A stretch of DNA of 63,031 nt, the filler included, from Folioceros fuciformis (taxonomy: Eukaryota): the NCBI GenBank assembly GCA_049999805.1. It is 18 parts of 18 records of this genome, joined end to end, with 100 filler letters (N's around TTAATTAATTAA, not from the genome) between each part and the next. Parts side by side here need not be neighbours in the genome. Positions count along the whole stretch, not along the records: positions 47,704 to 55,824 come from JBNGIO010006705.1; positions 55,925 to 60,607 come from JBNGIO010006706.1; positions 60,708 to 63,031 come from JBNGIO010006710.1; 15 more parts are not named here. The stretch is one strand, 5' to 3'. Below are positions 50,640 through 63,031 of the stretch, in pieces. A program made the position numbers and the translations under genes. The notes under the pieces are model-generated. The model was not told the origin of the DNA, did no database searches, and was given only the letters and a program-made list of their open reading frames with translations. Each line of letters begins with the position of its first letter. Positions within the stretch are counted from its first letter, which is position 1.

Positions 50640-51413
50640 GGCCATGGGTTCCTGTCGGATTGATTTCTGACTCTTGCTCAGGACGTCCAAATGTTTCCGG
50701 AAAAACAAAAAACTGTTGCAAAAAAATTGCTGCTTTCAGCACTTCCTCGTAGAACCCCTTGCTAGCCTTGACAGATTCATCTTTCTGTTGTTTGGTTCCC
50801 CTGAGAAGTTGCTCCTGAGTCATTCTGAAGGTTTGCTTGGGTACACACTAAGAAGAATCCACCTACCTGCTATCCACAACAGCACACATACATTATGAGG
50901 GGCCGTGGGTCACATAGTTGATGAGGTCTACAGGACGGGCCTTCAGAGCAAGCAAGACACTGGTGCATGCCGGTATTGAATCAGGTCACTCACAATCTCA
51001 TCAGCCCTGAATGATCTAAACACCTTTCTCGAAGCCATATTTTGAACACGTCTGTTGTGTCTCTAGAATCCGGCGTTCATCCTGTTGGGTGGAAGGATTG
51101 ACCTAAAAACTGGGGAACACCCATTCCACTAGGATGTGCTCGACTTCACATCGTTTTGCCCTAAGTGGTCTGTCCACCGAAGTGAAGCTTCACTACCGCC
51201 CCCACCAGTAGCAGCTGCTGGTGTTGCGACAGGTAGGGGGAGCATGCACGAGTCGAGCTGCCAGTGTGACTTAGAATTCTCACGGTTATGCTTGTAGTCT
51301 GCGGGTGCAGCATCATTGCCTGGGGCGCTGTTGTGCTGAGGGGCAGGACCAGCTGAACCTGCACAGGGGCCGAACGGTGTGGAAGGGGATTGAAGGGGTT
51401 CCGTGTCCTTAAG

Positions 51414-52847
51414 ATGATGCTTGGTACTGGGCGGTGGCTGCTACAACAGAATTGGTACCCAGTCTCTGCGGCGAAAAGCGGCCGAAACTTCTACTTCACG
51501 TGCTCTCGTCCAAGGAAGGTACCTGCCTTCGCAATGTGTTCACTTTCCCAGGCTCACCCGAATGTGAGCCCCGTAAGCTCGACTGCAGAGTCTGAGAATG
51601 CTCTTGCAGCATTCAACCTAGATGACTATTTTGTGAAGGGCTGCGTCGGAACTGCTCCACAGTGCCCAGACTACGTTGGGCCTGTAGAAATTAAGATGAC
51701 CGGCGGAGTTGTTTCAGTCGGTCGCGGATTGTTTGTCACCAGGGATGTCAGGGAAGGTGACCTGCTAGTGGTAGGTCAAGCTCTGGCTATGGCTCACCGG
51801 GGGGATTCTGAGGAACAGCAGAAAGCCAGCAAGCAGGAAATAGCACGCCAGCTAATGGAGATGGCCGTCAGTAGCCCTTGGAAAATGAAACAGATTTACT
51901 CTCTATCTGATGGGCATAGTGATCATGAACGTGAGGTCCCCTCGCTGGAATTGGTCGCAGCTGTTCCTCCGGAGGGCCAGTCTCTGAGAGCGCAGCCTGT
52001 GGATTTTGTTCGTATCTGTCGTATCGTCCAAGCAAATGTGTTTCATGTGCAAAATCCAAGCTGGAGAACGTGCTGGAGTCGCGGGGACGCCCAGTCGAGC
52101 GTTCTAGGGGTATTTTTGCTTCCTTCTTTCATCAACCATTCTTGCGCACCTAATTCCTCGTGGAAGGTTTTGGGTAAAGCTATGTTCATACAGGCTTGCC
52201 GTGATATGAAATCTGGAGAGCAGGTCAGCATTTCGTACATGGACACGTTTCAACCAGAGCAGCAGAGGGGAGATATATGTAGATCTAGGGGTTTCACATG
52301 CCGCTGTCCCAGATGTACATTGGAAAGGACTGTGGAGTCACAATCGTCCAGTGCTTATGATCTGAAATATCAATTTGGGGTGTATCTTCAATCACTATCT
52401 GCACTGCAGACCGCACCAGCGTATGCTCAAGTGCAGGCAAGGAAAAGTTTAGCTGAAGTGAGTTCAAAGATCTGTGAGAGTGTGGAACGGGTTATTCAGT
52501 TACCTGAGCTGAAGTTAGACTGGGAAGCTCGGAACTGGGTGCGGGCTTCCTTTTGCAAACTGTATGTGATGCAGTTGTTCAACACTTTTGAGACGAGGAA
52601 CAATGCGCTAGCTGCTAAATGTCTTGACACTGTACTGGAGATGGTGCTTGCTTCTCATCCTGGTGTGGAAATAGGTCTGCAACTGTCTTGTGTTCCATGG
52701 CTTATGAAAAACACGAACTTCCCGGAGCACAAGATCAAAGAGTGGCATGACTTGTCTCTCTTGTTCGTGAAATGTATCTATGGAGATCTGAAGCTATCAA
52801 CCAAAGAAGCTATCGTCAAGGCTTACAAGGAATCTGCTAGGTTCTAG
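51414..52847 (+). CDS. SET-domain protein, tandem paralog lacking the TPR region
   Basis: CPDYVGPVEI, GRGLFVTRDV, QIYSLSDG, SFINHSCAPN, GEQVSISY and FTCRCPRC align with the upstream gene; intronless. Confidence 0.9.
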   Translation: MMLGTGRWLLQQNWYPVSAAKSGRNFYFTCSRPRKVPAFAMCSLSQAHPNVSPVSSTAESENALAAFNLDDYFVKGCVGTAPQCPDYVGPVEIKMTGGVVSVGRGLFVTRDVREGDLLVVGQALAMAHRGDSEEQQKASKQEIARQLMEMAVSSPWKMKQIYSLSDGHSDHEREVPSLELVAAVPPEGQSLRAQPVDFVRICRIVQANVFHVQNPSWRTCWSRGDAQSSVLGVFLLPSFINHSCAPNSSWKVLGKAMFIQACRDMKSGEQVSISYMDTFQPEQQRGDICRSRGFTCRCPRCTLERTVESQSSSAYDLKYQFGVYLQSLSALQTAPAYAQVQARKSLAEVSSKICESVERVIQLPELKLDWEARNWVRASFCKLYVMQLFNTFETRNNALAAKCLDTVLEMVLASHPGVEIGLQLSCVPWLMKNTNFPEHKIKEWHDLSLLFVKCIYGDLKLSTKEAIVKAYKESARF

Positions 52848-53399
52848 GGGAAGCTCAGGGTGAAGCTGCTTCCGAGATGTCTCTCTCATGTAGTGCAAGG
52901 AGCTTGCGAGGAAGCTTGCGGCCCGTTGACGTGGGCATGGTGTATCGGCCTCAAACTTGGAGTTTAATTCTTTTGCGCGACCTCATCCGATCAGTGTAAT
53001 TCTCTTACTGGCCTGGGAGAAAGCTTGTAGTTGAAATGTGAATGGTGGATACCAGAGGGAACTTCATTGTTGACTTTAGCTGATTGTTTCATGGACATTT
53101 TATGACCTTTGCACGGTGATTGCGTACTATGACATCCGCTAGCGGCTCAGGCTTAGAAAATCTATGACAGGTTCGGGGGACATGCTTCTGCAGATATGGA
53201 TGCTACCAACTGGCTCTATCGATTGGCAGCCAGGCCTGCTACTTCTATGAGAGGTGAACGAAATTGTCTGAGCGTTCCCTTGAGCTTTTCCTTAATAACA
53301 ATCTCCTGTCGAGGAGGGTGGTCTTCTTTACTGGTGTACTGCCGTCACCATCTGGTGCTTGCTCATTCTAATTCGAGTCCTTGCCGAAGTCTTTTCAGT

Positions 53400-54360
53400 G
53401 GGTGAGGTGGAGTGCTGCGTTTCTAGGGGTGGCCAGGCTCGTGAGGTTCAGGAGTCTGCTGGATATCTTTACAGTGGATCCGCCTACTGGCTCGTATGAG
53501 GTCATCAGCGATCACATGGTGGTGTTGCTTTTCCCCTTTTCCAGATGAACAGTCGTACAAGTCAGCCCAAGTAGCACACTTTCACGGTTGTATCGTGCCA
53601 TACTCATCACGAAGATGCCGTGCCGCCCTTTACCTGTTCGGTGAGAAACTCGGATGGCTCTTCCCATTGCGGAAGAGTGAAGCTCTCAAATCAGTATCGC
53701 CTGCGTGAAACTAGGTGGGCAGCCTCTCGGAATACATGCAACCCTTCGGGCAGGAAGTGAAGGTGCGTTTTCTCCATCGGCTCCTCGATGTCTGGAGTTG
53801 TGTAAGTAGCAAAGGTTCAACCTGGCGTATGACTTGTTTGTCAAATGGCACGCAGTCCTTTGTACTAAAATTCTAGAATCGTGTTGTAGAAGCCACAGTC
53901 CATTCCTTGCTCGTACCGGCAGTCACAGATACCGAGAGCAGTACAACTTCCCGTCACGAATTGAAAACCCCATGCGCGTTGCATATCTTGAATCTGTCGC
54001 CGAAGAAGTCTTCCCACAAACTTCGGTCTCAAGTCTGTCACATCAGGATATGCAACAGGTCCGTCACTTACGTATACATCGGGATATCCTCAGAGTATGG
54101 ATACTCTGGTTCACTGAAGACCAGGGAATTGATGCATGACGAACATCCCATGCATGAGTCGGCAATCCGGAACCCCGAATTTCCACCCAAGACCTGCACA
54201 AAGGACGGGTTCAGAACCAACAGCTCGGTGCCTGCCCGATGGAGCCCCAGGCCGTGATTGGGCGACGAAGCTATACTCAGGTATACATGTATTGGTACGC
54301 CATCAATATCTTCAGCACAACAACAGTCTATGGATGTAGAATAGCAAGGCTCCACAAGCT
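53400..54360 (-). pseudogene. Probable degenerate third TPR-SET family copy
   Basis: AEDIDGVPIHVYL...GTELLVLNPSFVQVLGGNSGFRIAD resembles GLKVAIKEPLFVEFPGGFIGLRIDD of the first gene; downstream RHGIFV resembles GRGLFV; many stops. Limits approximate. Confidence 0.4.
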
Positions 54361-55309
54361 GCGTCCCATAGACGTATCACTGCGGTGGCAGTGGAACACC
54401 TTATCGAGCAGGTCCCTGCAACACACGGCATACAGTTTAGACCTTTAGAGCAGCACATGCAAGTTGCACCAGAAACCAGTCCACCACCAGCTACAAGGGA
54501 AGAGCTCGTTCGACTTCAAGAGCTACCGAAGGGGCCTGATACGCAATCGGACCTTCCTGCACGATGTTTGTCCTGTGTTCGAATCCATGATCTGGCACCG
54601 ATTTAGGCATAAGGAAATATTTATGCTGGTCCAGGCAGGCATTTCTGTGGTCTACATTCAAAGGATTGGGAACTGGTGGAGATGAGGCAGGTCCTCAGAT
54701 GCATTTGAGTGAGGTCAGCTTGAGCAGAGTGTGATGGTGGTTTCGGTTCAATTTTATCAAAAACTGACGCTTGGCATGTCTGTGAACACATTTTAGGATT
54801 GGCTTCTAAGCTTTCTGTTAAGAGAACATTTGCCAACCAGATTCTGGAAATGAAGGGACAAGAAAGGTCTTTCCACTGGAAGGTGTTCTTCTCCTGTTAA
54901 CGGACATGTCAGTGCTTTCAACCGTTGAAAGGGGTGAGTAACATGAGGGTAACGTATTGGATTGCAAATCCGAGAAAGATGGTTGGAATCTCTCCGTTGC
55001 CAACCCTACGACAGTGCTGTTCTCACCTCTCTATTTCTGTTTCCCTAAAAGTTTTTCCTATGGCACGCCTCGTGTGGGCAAGAAGAGTTCAGGCAACCCG
55101 AGGTCGGGGATGACTTTTGACTCCAGCGGTTGTGCTCCTGCATGAGTGTTCTGCCACTCTCTGCGAGTTGCGTGTGTTGCAAGACATCTCAAGAAGAGGG
55201 GCGCGTGGTTTCCCTCATCCCTGTCTTTTGATTGTACGGAAATTCGATTCGAAAAGGGCGGCGGGCGGACACGGACTCTGACTCCTGCCCCAGCTCTTGA
55301 TTCAAGAAG

Positions 55310-55574
55310 CACCGCGCTCACTGAGCAGCGAGCTCGTGCCGAGGGGCCGCCCGCCGCCTTGTGACCCACGTTCATCTATGGAGGCCCCAAGGAAGGTAGC
55401 ACTCCTTTGCTCAATCTAGTTACACGCATGCCCAGGCGAGCGGCCGCGCTAGCTGAGCAGCGAGCTGGTACGGAAGGGCCGCCCGCCGCCCGTGTGAGCC
55501 ACGTTCACGTATGGAAAGCTCAAAGAAGGCGGTGCTCCTTCGATCATTCTAGCTAAACATGTGCCCAGGCGAGC
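55310..55574. repeat. Diverged tandem duplication of a ~130-bp GC-rich unit
   Basis: CTGAGCAGCGAGCT...GGGCCGCCCGCCGCC...CCACGTTCA...TGCCCAGGCGAGC occurs twice in tandem. Confidence 0.85.
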
Positions 55575-55988
55575 TGCTTCGCCTCGCTACGGCTAACAGG
55601 CTTTCGACGGCCGGCCCGTCCCTTGCCTTTTCCTTCCTTGCTGTTTATCAGGCGGGATTCCCACAGTGCTCCGGCAACGCCGTGGGAGGGAGGAGACGCT
55701 AAACCTAAAACGTTCATTCAGCCAGGGCCGCACCTCCACGGTTATGTCGTGCCTTTCTCACCTGTCAGGTGAGCCTCTTCCCATTGCAGAGGAGTGTAGC
55801 TCTCCAGTCAAAATCTGCCTCATGNNNNNNNNNNNNNNNNNNNNNNNNNNNNNNNNNNNNNNNNNNNNTTAATTAATTAANNNNNNNNNNNNNNNNNNNN
55901 NNNNNNNNNNNNNNNNNNNNNNNNTGGGCGGCAGATGTGCAGATCTGTGGAGAAGCGCGCGCGGTGGAGGTAGGGTGGGCCGAGAGGC

Positions 55989-58363
55989 ATGGGGTGGTGC
56001 TCGTGCTTCGGAGGCCGTAAGCAGGACCGCAAGCCGCCGAAGAAGGATGACACCAGCACTGCGGACCGGGCGGAATTGGCGGGCTCTGTCACTCCCGCCA
56101 TCACCAAGCAGCCCAGTGGTACGGGATGCTGCTGCTGCGGGGCCTTTGCCCTCGGCTCTGTCGGGGGCCTGTATGTCGTCGTGATGCAATTTGGGGTGGC
56201 CGGGTGATTGGGAATTGAGTCTCGGCAAGGTTGCGTGAGGGTGCGGGTGGTGGGTCTGAGTGGGATTGGGCTGGTTGTGGCTTGTGTGGGTGTGCAGACA
56301 AGATTAAGGGGAAGTTGTCGGCCTCGGATGCCAGAGATCCTTCTATCAAAGATGGCTCCACATCTCACATTGCCGCTCAGACATTCGCCTTCCGGGAGCT
56401 AGCCAATGCGACCAAGAACTTCAGGCAGGAATGCCTGCTCGGCGAGGGCGGGTTTGGCCGAGTTTACAAGGGGCGTCTCGAGACCACTGGCCAGGCAAGT
56501 GTAGTGTCGTGTCGTGTCTTCTCTGTCGTCTGTATGCTTTGAACTTGTTTGTCAAGCAACTGTGTGAGTGACTGATGCTGCTTCGCCGTGTAGGTGGTGG
56601 CCGTGAAGCAGCTGGACCGCAACGGGCTGCAGGGCAACAGAGAGTTTCTCGTGGAAGTACTGATGCTCAGCCTTCTCCATCATCCGAACCTGGTGAATCT
56701 GATCGGCTATTGCGCGGATGGGGACCAGCGGCTTCTGGTATACGAGTTCATGCCCATGGGATCTCTGGAAGACCACCTGCACGGTACGCGTTGCTCTTCT
56801 AGGGTTCAATGCCGGTCGTTGGTAGCATGGTGATGGTGTTCATTTGTTTTTCGTGGTTCTGGTGAGCTGCAGATCTTCCTCCGGACAAGGAAGCACTAGA
56901 CTGGAATACGAGGATGAAGATTGCAGCTGGTGCAGCTAAGGGCCTCGAGTATCTCCACGACAAAGCAAACCCACCCGTCATATACAGGGACTTCAAGTCC
57001 TCGAACATTCTCCTGGATGATGGATTTCATCCGAAGCTCTCCGACTTTGGGCTTGCCAAGCTTGGTCCGGTTGGGGACAAGACGCACGTGTCCACGCGTG
57101 TGATGGGCACCTACGGATACTGTGCCCCAGAGTATGCAATGACTGGTCAGCTGACTCTGAAGTCTGATGTGTACAGTTTCGGAGTAGTATTGCTGGAGCT
57201 GATCACAGGAAGGAAAGCGATTGACAATGGCAGGGCTGCCGGAGAGCATAACCTGGTGGCATGGGTAAGTATACCTTTTCATGTCTCTGATCCGTGAGGG
57301 TTGTGAGTGCTTGATTTGTGTGAGAAGTGGGGTGTCTTGTTTGTACGTCAGGATGCGCTTCTAGCACATCAGATGTCGGCCAGAGTCTTGGACGATACCA
57401 AGATCAGGTCACCTGGGTACCCTAGGACCTGATCTTGGCTACATCTTAGTTATTTGATAGTCAAGTGTGTGAGCTGGTGATGTTGTAGCTAGATTGCCAT
57501 GGTGAGGATGTTTGAACTGCTGCTTGCATTGACATCCTTACACTTGCAGCAGATTGTGTGTGAGCATGCCCGTTGGTCAGAAGCCATTGGATGTGACAGC
57601 CGCCATGGGTGGCTGGTGCTGTATGACATTGCGACGAAGATGGCCAGGGAGACTGATGCTGTTTGTGTCTATGTTGTAGGCTCGGCCTCTGTTCAAGGAT
57701 CGAAGGAAGTTTCCATCTATGGCAGATCCCATGCTTCAAGGGAGGTACCCCATGAGAGGTCTCTATCAGGCCCTGGCCGTGGCAGCCATGTGCCTTCAAG
57801 AGCAGGCTGCAACCAGACCTCTGATTGGTGATGTTGTAACAGCTCTCAGCTATCTTGCGTCCCAGACTTACGATCCTGGTATGCACCCGTATGGAAGCAG
57901 CAGATTCACGCCAGGAACTCCATCTCGAGACAAGAAGGAAAAGCGGATGACGAGTGGTACCGAGCGGAGTGGGATAACTGCACCAGCAGCAGCAACGGTG
58001 GAGGAAAGAGGCCCCAAAGCAAGAACGGGTGGCTCCAGATCTCCCTCCTGGCAAGCGCAGGTGTCTCCAGATGTTGTCCCGAAAGAGGTTCCTCGCTCAC
58101 GGTCGAATGGTCAACTGGACAACGGTCGTCAGGATTCAAGTTACCCACGGAAGAGGGATTCAGACGAGTGGGAAAAACAGGATGGTCAGAAGGAGAGCCC
58201 GGGTCGTGCAGTGCGTAACAGCAAAGATTCACAGAGAAACGCACTGCCTTCAAGGGAACGCGAACGAGCGGTCGCTGAGGCAAGGACCTGGGGCGAGAAT
58301 TGGAGGGAGAGGAAAAGGGGTAACCTGGGTGTTGGTGATGCTGGTGATGGTGGGTATGGTTAA
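55989..58363 (+). CDS. Receptor-like cytoplasmic kinase VII, PBS1/PBL27-like
   Basis: Exons 55989-56118, 56298-56494, 56594-56783, 56873-57264 and 57680-58363, phase-consistent. MGWCSCF acylation motif, [40 protein letters not shown] and C-terminal [17 protein letters not shown]. Confidence 0.95.
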
Positions 58364-59910
58364 TTTTTGGGAGAACAGTTGGAATGCTCTGGGAGGTGAA
58401 TCTATTGTATATGAATATAACCGCACATCGGTGTTTCGCGGTACAAACCTAGTGCAGGGAGCAAATTCTGACCATTCAAGTAGGCTGTTTGTGGAGGTTA
58501 TACTTCCCCCAACGTGTTTGGGAAACGGCTCTCATGGATTGATTGTTGCTGTTCATCATAGGTGGACTAGCTGTACATTTGCTTCATGGCTTTGAGTCAT
58601 AGACAATGTGTCAATGTGAATACCGCATCATTTGTTTCCAATTTTGATTTAATCACTAGAAGGTCTGAAGCTCGGCATCTCTCATCTTGATGATCGATGC
58701 CAGCGAGTGAGACTGGGACAGTTGAGATGGAATCAGCAATGGAAGTTGTGTCCGCAACCAGGTCAGCAGTGCCTTGTTGTCATGACAGTATGCAATCCAT
58801 AAGTGACTTGGCCCATCAGCAGTTTAGGTGCATTAGGTGGTGTCCATCTATGATGCGGTTTATGTTTGCCACATTTGTGAAGCTGCGGTGGGGTGATGTG
58901 AGGAGGACCTCTGGGAACAGGTTCACAGGTTTCAGGAGGAAACAGTCTGAGATGCTACTCCCAAGCTGGTGACTAGTGCTTACCAGTGGGCGTGTTGAAG
59001 AATACTAGTACCTTCTTCTAGAGGTGCATAATAATGAAGGGTATGGAGCGATACAGATTCGAGCCTCAAGGAGTCCGGGGGGCCTGTCTCCAATCAGGCT
59101 GATGAATAATGATCACACACACTCCCAAGAGAGCCCAGTTGTTGTGTGCGTGGACTGAAGGGCGGACAACTTGAGTTGCGGATTAGACTCAAGGAGCTTG
59201 GATCTGGCTTAGTTTTTAGCTGAGAAAACGGGCACGGCTTCTATAGAATGTGGTCTACATTAGGTTCGAAATCTCTGACTTAAATGTTGCTGAGGGTGTA
59301 AGATGGGGTGTGTCGGCAAGCACTAGGTTGCTAGCAAGTCACATGCCTCATCCACCATACCAGACATTGCCATCTTTGCAAATACATATACGCTTGTATT
59401 TTGTTACCTTGGTCCTGTCGGTTGTGAACGCCTGCTTATCAGATGTCGTGATAGATTGACCCAAGGAGCCAGAACAAAACAACCAGTGGTAAGCAAATCC
59501 GCTTTGTAGGTACGACAACCAGGCTTGTGTGTGCAAAGGCAAAAGGAGACATTTGGCGAACGCTACGAAACCCAATGCCTCCTGTACTTGGGATTTTCGG
59601 GATATTTTGTTTGCTGGCTGCCTTGGTCCTCCCAGGTAGTGTATAAGATTATTCCGCTCAGGACAAAAGCTCGCATCGCAAGGAAGAGCGTCCTCCCACT
59701 ACTCACCGACAGGGCTAACAGCCAGACATGGGCATCAATACTGTTAGCCCGCTGGAAACAAGAAACAAGTGTGCCGTGCTCCAACAAGTGCTCTTTGTTC
59801 TGCGGAAATTTAACTGTTCCATGGGCTCCTGCTTTGTCCTGGACTCCTTCCCACTAAAGGCAGAGCAGAGGTGAGAACGGAGGGAAGAATCAGGATGGTG
59901 GAAAGATGTG

Positions 59911-60606
59911 CTACTCCAGAGCTTTGACATGATTCACCGCTGGAGAACTCTCCTTCCGATTCCGATTCCATGTGCTCACTGCCTTGACAAGTCCGTCCCT
60001 TGTCACGAGCCTCACAGCATCAACTCCTCTCTGAAACGAGAACAATAGCTCCTCCCTCTCCTGTGATGTGAACCTCTGCAGGACGAAGTCTGGCACCTCT
60101 GTGCTACCACGTGGTCTTCCCACACCGATCCTCAACCTAGGAAAGTCCCTACGCCCCCTGAAATGGTGGATGAGGGATTTCACCCCGTTGTGGCCGCCGT
60201 GCCCTCCCTTGGGCAGCAGCTTCATCACCGCAAACTCTAGATCCATGTCGTCGTACATCACCAGCACTCTCTCCACAGGGACCTTGTAGTAAGCGGCCAT
60301 CGGCCCTACAGATTCCCCGCTGAGGTTCATGAAGGTCTGCGGCTTGGCCAGCAGAACCGGTGTCCCGTTGATGTGGCCCTTCCCCACCAGCGATTTGTGC
60401 TGGATGGTGGACATGGTGATCCCTTCTGCCTCAGCAATGGCATCAATCATCTCGAACCCTACATTGTGCCGAGTACCAACAAACTTCGACCCAGGATTCC
60501 CCAACCCCACCAGCAGCCACGGGGTCTGCCCCTGCTCGCCGGACGCTTGAACCGAGAGGCTCCCGGGCTTTGGGGATCCCGGGGGGGAGCACCACAGGGG
60601 ACAGCT
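59911..60606 (-). CDS. PTH: Organellar peptidyl-tRNA hydrolase (Pth/CRS2 family), 5' truncated
   Basis: PWLLVGLGNPG, TRHNVGF, KPQTFMNLSG, YDDMDL, GGHGGHNG and RLRIGVGRP; Ser/Pro-rich transit-like sequence upstream; no introns. Confidence 0.93.
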   Translation of the reverse strand, partial: SCPLWCSPPGSPKPGSLSVQASGEQGQTPWLLVGLGNPGSKFVGTRHNVGFEMIDAIAEAEGITMSTIQHKSLVGKGHINGTPVLLAKPQTFMNLSGESVGPMAAYYKVPVERVLVMYDDMDLEFAVMKLLPKGGHGGHNGVKSLIHHFRGRRDFPRLRIGVGRPRGSTEVPDFVLQRFTSQEREELLFSFQRGVDAVRLVTRDGLVKAVSTWNRNRKESSPAVNHVKALE

Positions 60607-62857
60607 CNNNNNNNNNNNNNNNNNNNNNNNNNNNNNNNNNNNNNNNNNNNNTTAATTAATTAANNNNNNNNNNNNNNNNNNNNNNNNNNNNNNNNNNNNN
60701 NNNNNNNATTTTGTTGCTCTTGTCCGGAATTGAAGGAGGTGGAAGGTCGGACACCAGCTCGCACGCGGATTAGCCCATGGTGAAGTGGGATCCACGACAG
60801 GAAGCGTTGCATTGGGCGCCCCACTCCAGGTTGAAAGCCTACCTATTCCCGTCGTTGCGATCAAACAACTTTCGGACGGGCTCCTCATTCACAACACTCT
60901 AGTCTTCTCCTCCGAGTATCATCAGTGACAAGAGTTCCAGTAGGAAATGAGAGGCAGATCCAAGTGTACGAGATTGGTGGTGTTTCGATGAAGAGCTGTT
61001 TCATTGCTACAAACTTTACCTCCGTGATGAGGGGCATGGGCATGCCTGGCCTATCGAGGAGAACACTTCCTGTAATCCAATTCCCCCACACACACCGTCC
61101 GCAGCTACCCTGATCCTTGGTGGAAAGGATTGGGGTCCCCCGAGTGGATACGAAGTGCCCCCTGAGCTACTCTGTCATACAGGAGGTGGTCCACGAAGAG
61201 CGGAGACTTCCGAGGTCGACACGGTCTTGCTAGTGCAGATGCTAGCAACATATGCGGGGAGAATCTCCGCGAAGATCAATTCGCAAACTGTCTTGAGGCC
61301 CCAGGCATCGCTAAGGGAGTCGAATTACTAACCGGCCCTAGTACCTTGGGATCAAGTGATGTGCCCTTTCACGGTGCAGGAGAAGGACTCATGGCTGGCC
61401 TTGACCCCTCGGGTAAAGATATGCAGCGGTCTCTTGATCCGGCTTCACAGAATCATGGCAGCACCTTAGTTTTCTTGAATGAGTCTGCTCAACCTGAGCG
61501 GGTGCTCTCCAACGAGAGGTTCACTACTCTGGAATCCGGCTTGAATAGCAACTTTTTCTAGCAGGGCGGTGGTAAACGGAGCCGGCACCACAGGAAGGGT
61601 TCAACGAGAAACCAGACACTGGCAAAGGGAAGCGTTCTTGCACATTTGTGGACCCTTCAACTGTCCTTAAGAGACAAGGTCAAATTGCAGTGGCAGTGGC
61701 TGGGAAAGCCCTGAACTAAGTGGTTCAGAGGATGGTTTCGGCGGCTGCCTCTCCAGAACGAAAAAAGGTGAGGGTGGGGGATGTACCGGTGCGAAGGAGG
61801 AAGGAAGAGTCCTCACAGGGGCTCCACTAACAGTTGTTAAGGCTCAAAGTGAAGATGGTGGGTCGACATCCATTGGTGTCTCCCCCAGGGTATTCAGGCT
61901 ACTGAAGTTGGAAAGAAAGGATGTGAGTTCGCGGATCCCGACTCTCATACTGGTAACTGTCTCAGTCCATCCATGCAATCTAATGCGTCATATGCATCGC
62001 AAGAAGAGTGTTTCTCTACCCCATGCGCAGAGGATGAAGCTGACCCAGTCTGGCATGAGCTGATGGTCGGCTTCTCTGATGAAGAAGGTGCAACTATGCC
62101 CTATAATTCGGAGGGAAGGAATTTCGTGGGGAGTTGTGTTATAGATAGAGCTACGCCCGGAACAAGCCCATAATGTTACGTTTTGGTCTCAGGAAGGATG
62201 TTCTACATGTTTTAGATTCTGGATGAGGAATATTAGAATACTTCCTTCTAAGTGTTCTCATACTTTCCATCACGGTTGATTGATGAATAGTTCACTTTTT
62301 CCATGACCTGTTCTTTACATAGGTTATACTTTTACAGTGGACTAGGAGATTAGTGGTGGTGTTGTTGGTGTTGCATTTATTGTTTAGAATATGACATGAA
62401 ATTTGAACTTGATCACTCATATGCTTGTAGTAAAATAAGAGATAATGACTTTGGAAGGAGATCTCAAAACAAAAGAGAGCCTAATTCTACCATACCAAGT
62501 TAATAAGAATTCTAGGTTTAAGCATATTGCGACCTAGTGAGATCCTGAAAAGGGAAGCTAAGTAGCTAGGTACAAGCTGTCTGTCAAGTAGCAAATTTCG
62601 TCTGTAGTGATCTCTAATAGAGTTCGATCCTTCCTCTACAACTCGATCGACCATGTGATTCGGTTGTCCAGTGACTATCCTACTCAAAAAAATCATGCAG
62701 TGACTTTCCTACCCTGGATTTAACGGTGCCTTGAGCAACAACAAGTGGTTGGAGCGCGAAACAGCGGATTCATGTGAGACAAAGTTGTGGGTGGGCCACA
62801 GACTTTGAGAATTGGAGCGTGATCGTTTGCTTCCAGCAAGCTTCCACTGCCAATGCC

Positions 62858-63031
62858 TCAGCGGGGGAGGACACCTTTGAGGGTGACAACGGCATCGTAG
62901 CCGCCGGTCGGGAGAGTGGTATAAATGGCTGATCCAGTGACGAATTTGAAGACGCCGGTGCCGCCTGCGACGGGGAACTCGTGCACGGAAATGCCGGAGA
63001 CGAGGCGGCCGCCGAGGGTGAGGGAGCTGCC
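62858..63031 (-). CDS. Dirigent-like protein C-terminus (5' part outside the window)
   Basis: GSSLTLGG...HEFPVAGGTGVFKFVTGSAIYTT matches the dirigent E-x-x-V-x-GGTG-x-F-x-F-x-x-G motif. Confidence 0.75.
   Translation of the reverse strand, partial: GSSLTLGGRLVSGISVHEFPVAGGTGVFKFVTGSAIYTTLPTGGYDAVVTLKGVLPR

Noticed and set aside
1-63031. A multi-gene system formed by neighbouring unusual genes
   Set aside because: The genes lie on separate contigs joined artificially, so co-location carries no information.

Overview
Eukaryotic land-plant DNA, not one continuous locus. It is 18 short contigs joined by 17 artificial 100-nt spacers (N44-TTAATTAATTAA-N44), so adjacency across a spacer has no biological meaning. 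Short GT-AG introns, compact genes and the gene repertoire suggest a non-seed plant such as a hornwort or other bryophyte/lycophyte (inference only). Contents: two related, slightly decayed Ty1/copia LTR retrotransposons, each with a degenerate extra ORF in the 5' leader and an antisense transmembrane-helix ORF between pol and the PPT; an intronless >800-aa Cys-motif protein of unknown family; a 6,565-bp contig with a 51-nt terminal repeat carrying OEP7-like and MOT1 molybdate-transporter genes; an intron-containing class A beta-lactamase-like serine hydrolase missed by the ORF track; an AT-rich, intron-rich proteinase K-type subtilase; a TPR-SET/SET cluster; pseudogenes of RPS19, UTP18 and an aspartic protease; and ordinary plant genes (hnRNP-like C-terminus, KRP, phytolongin, PBS1/PBL27-like kinase, peptidyl-tRNA hydrolase, dirigent).
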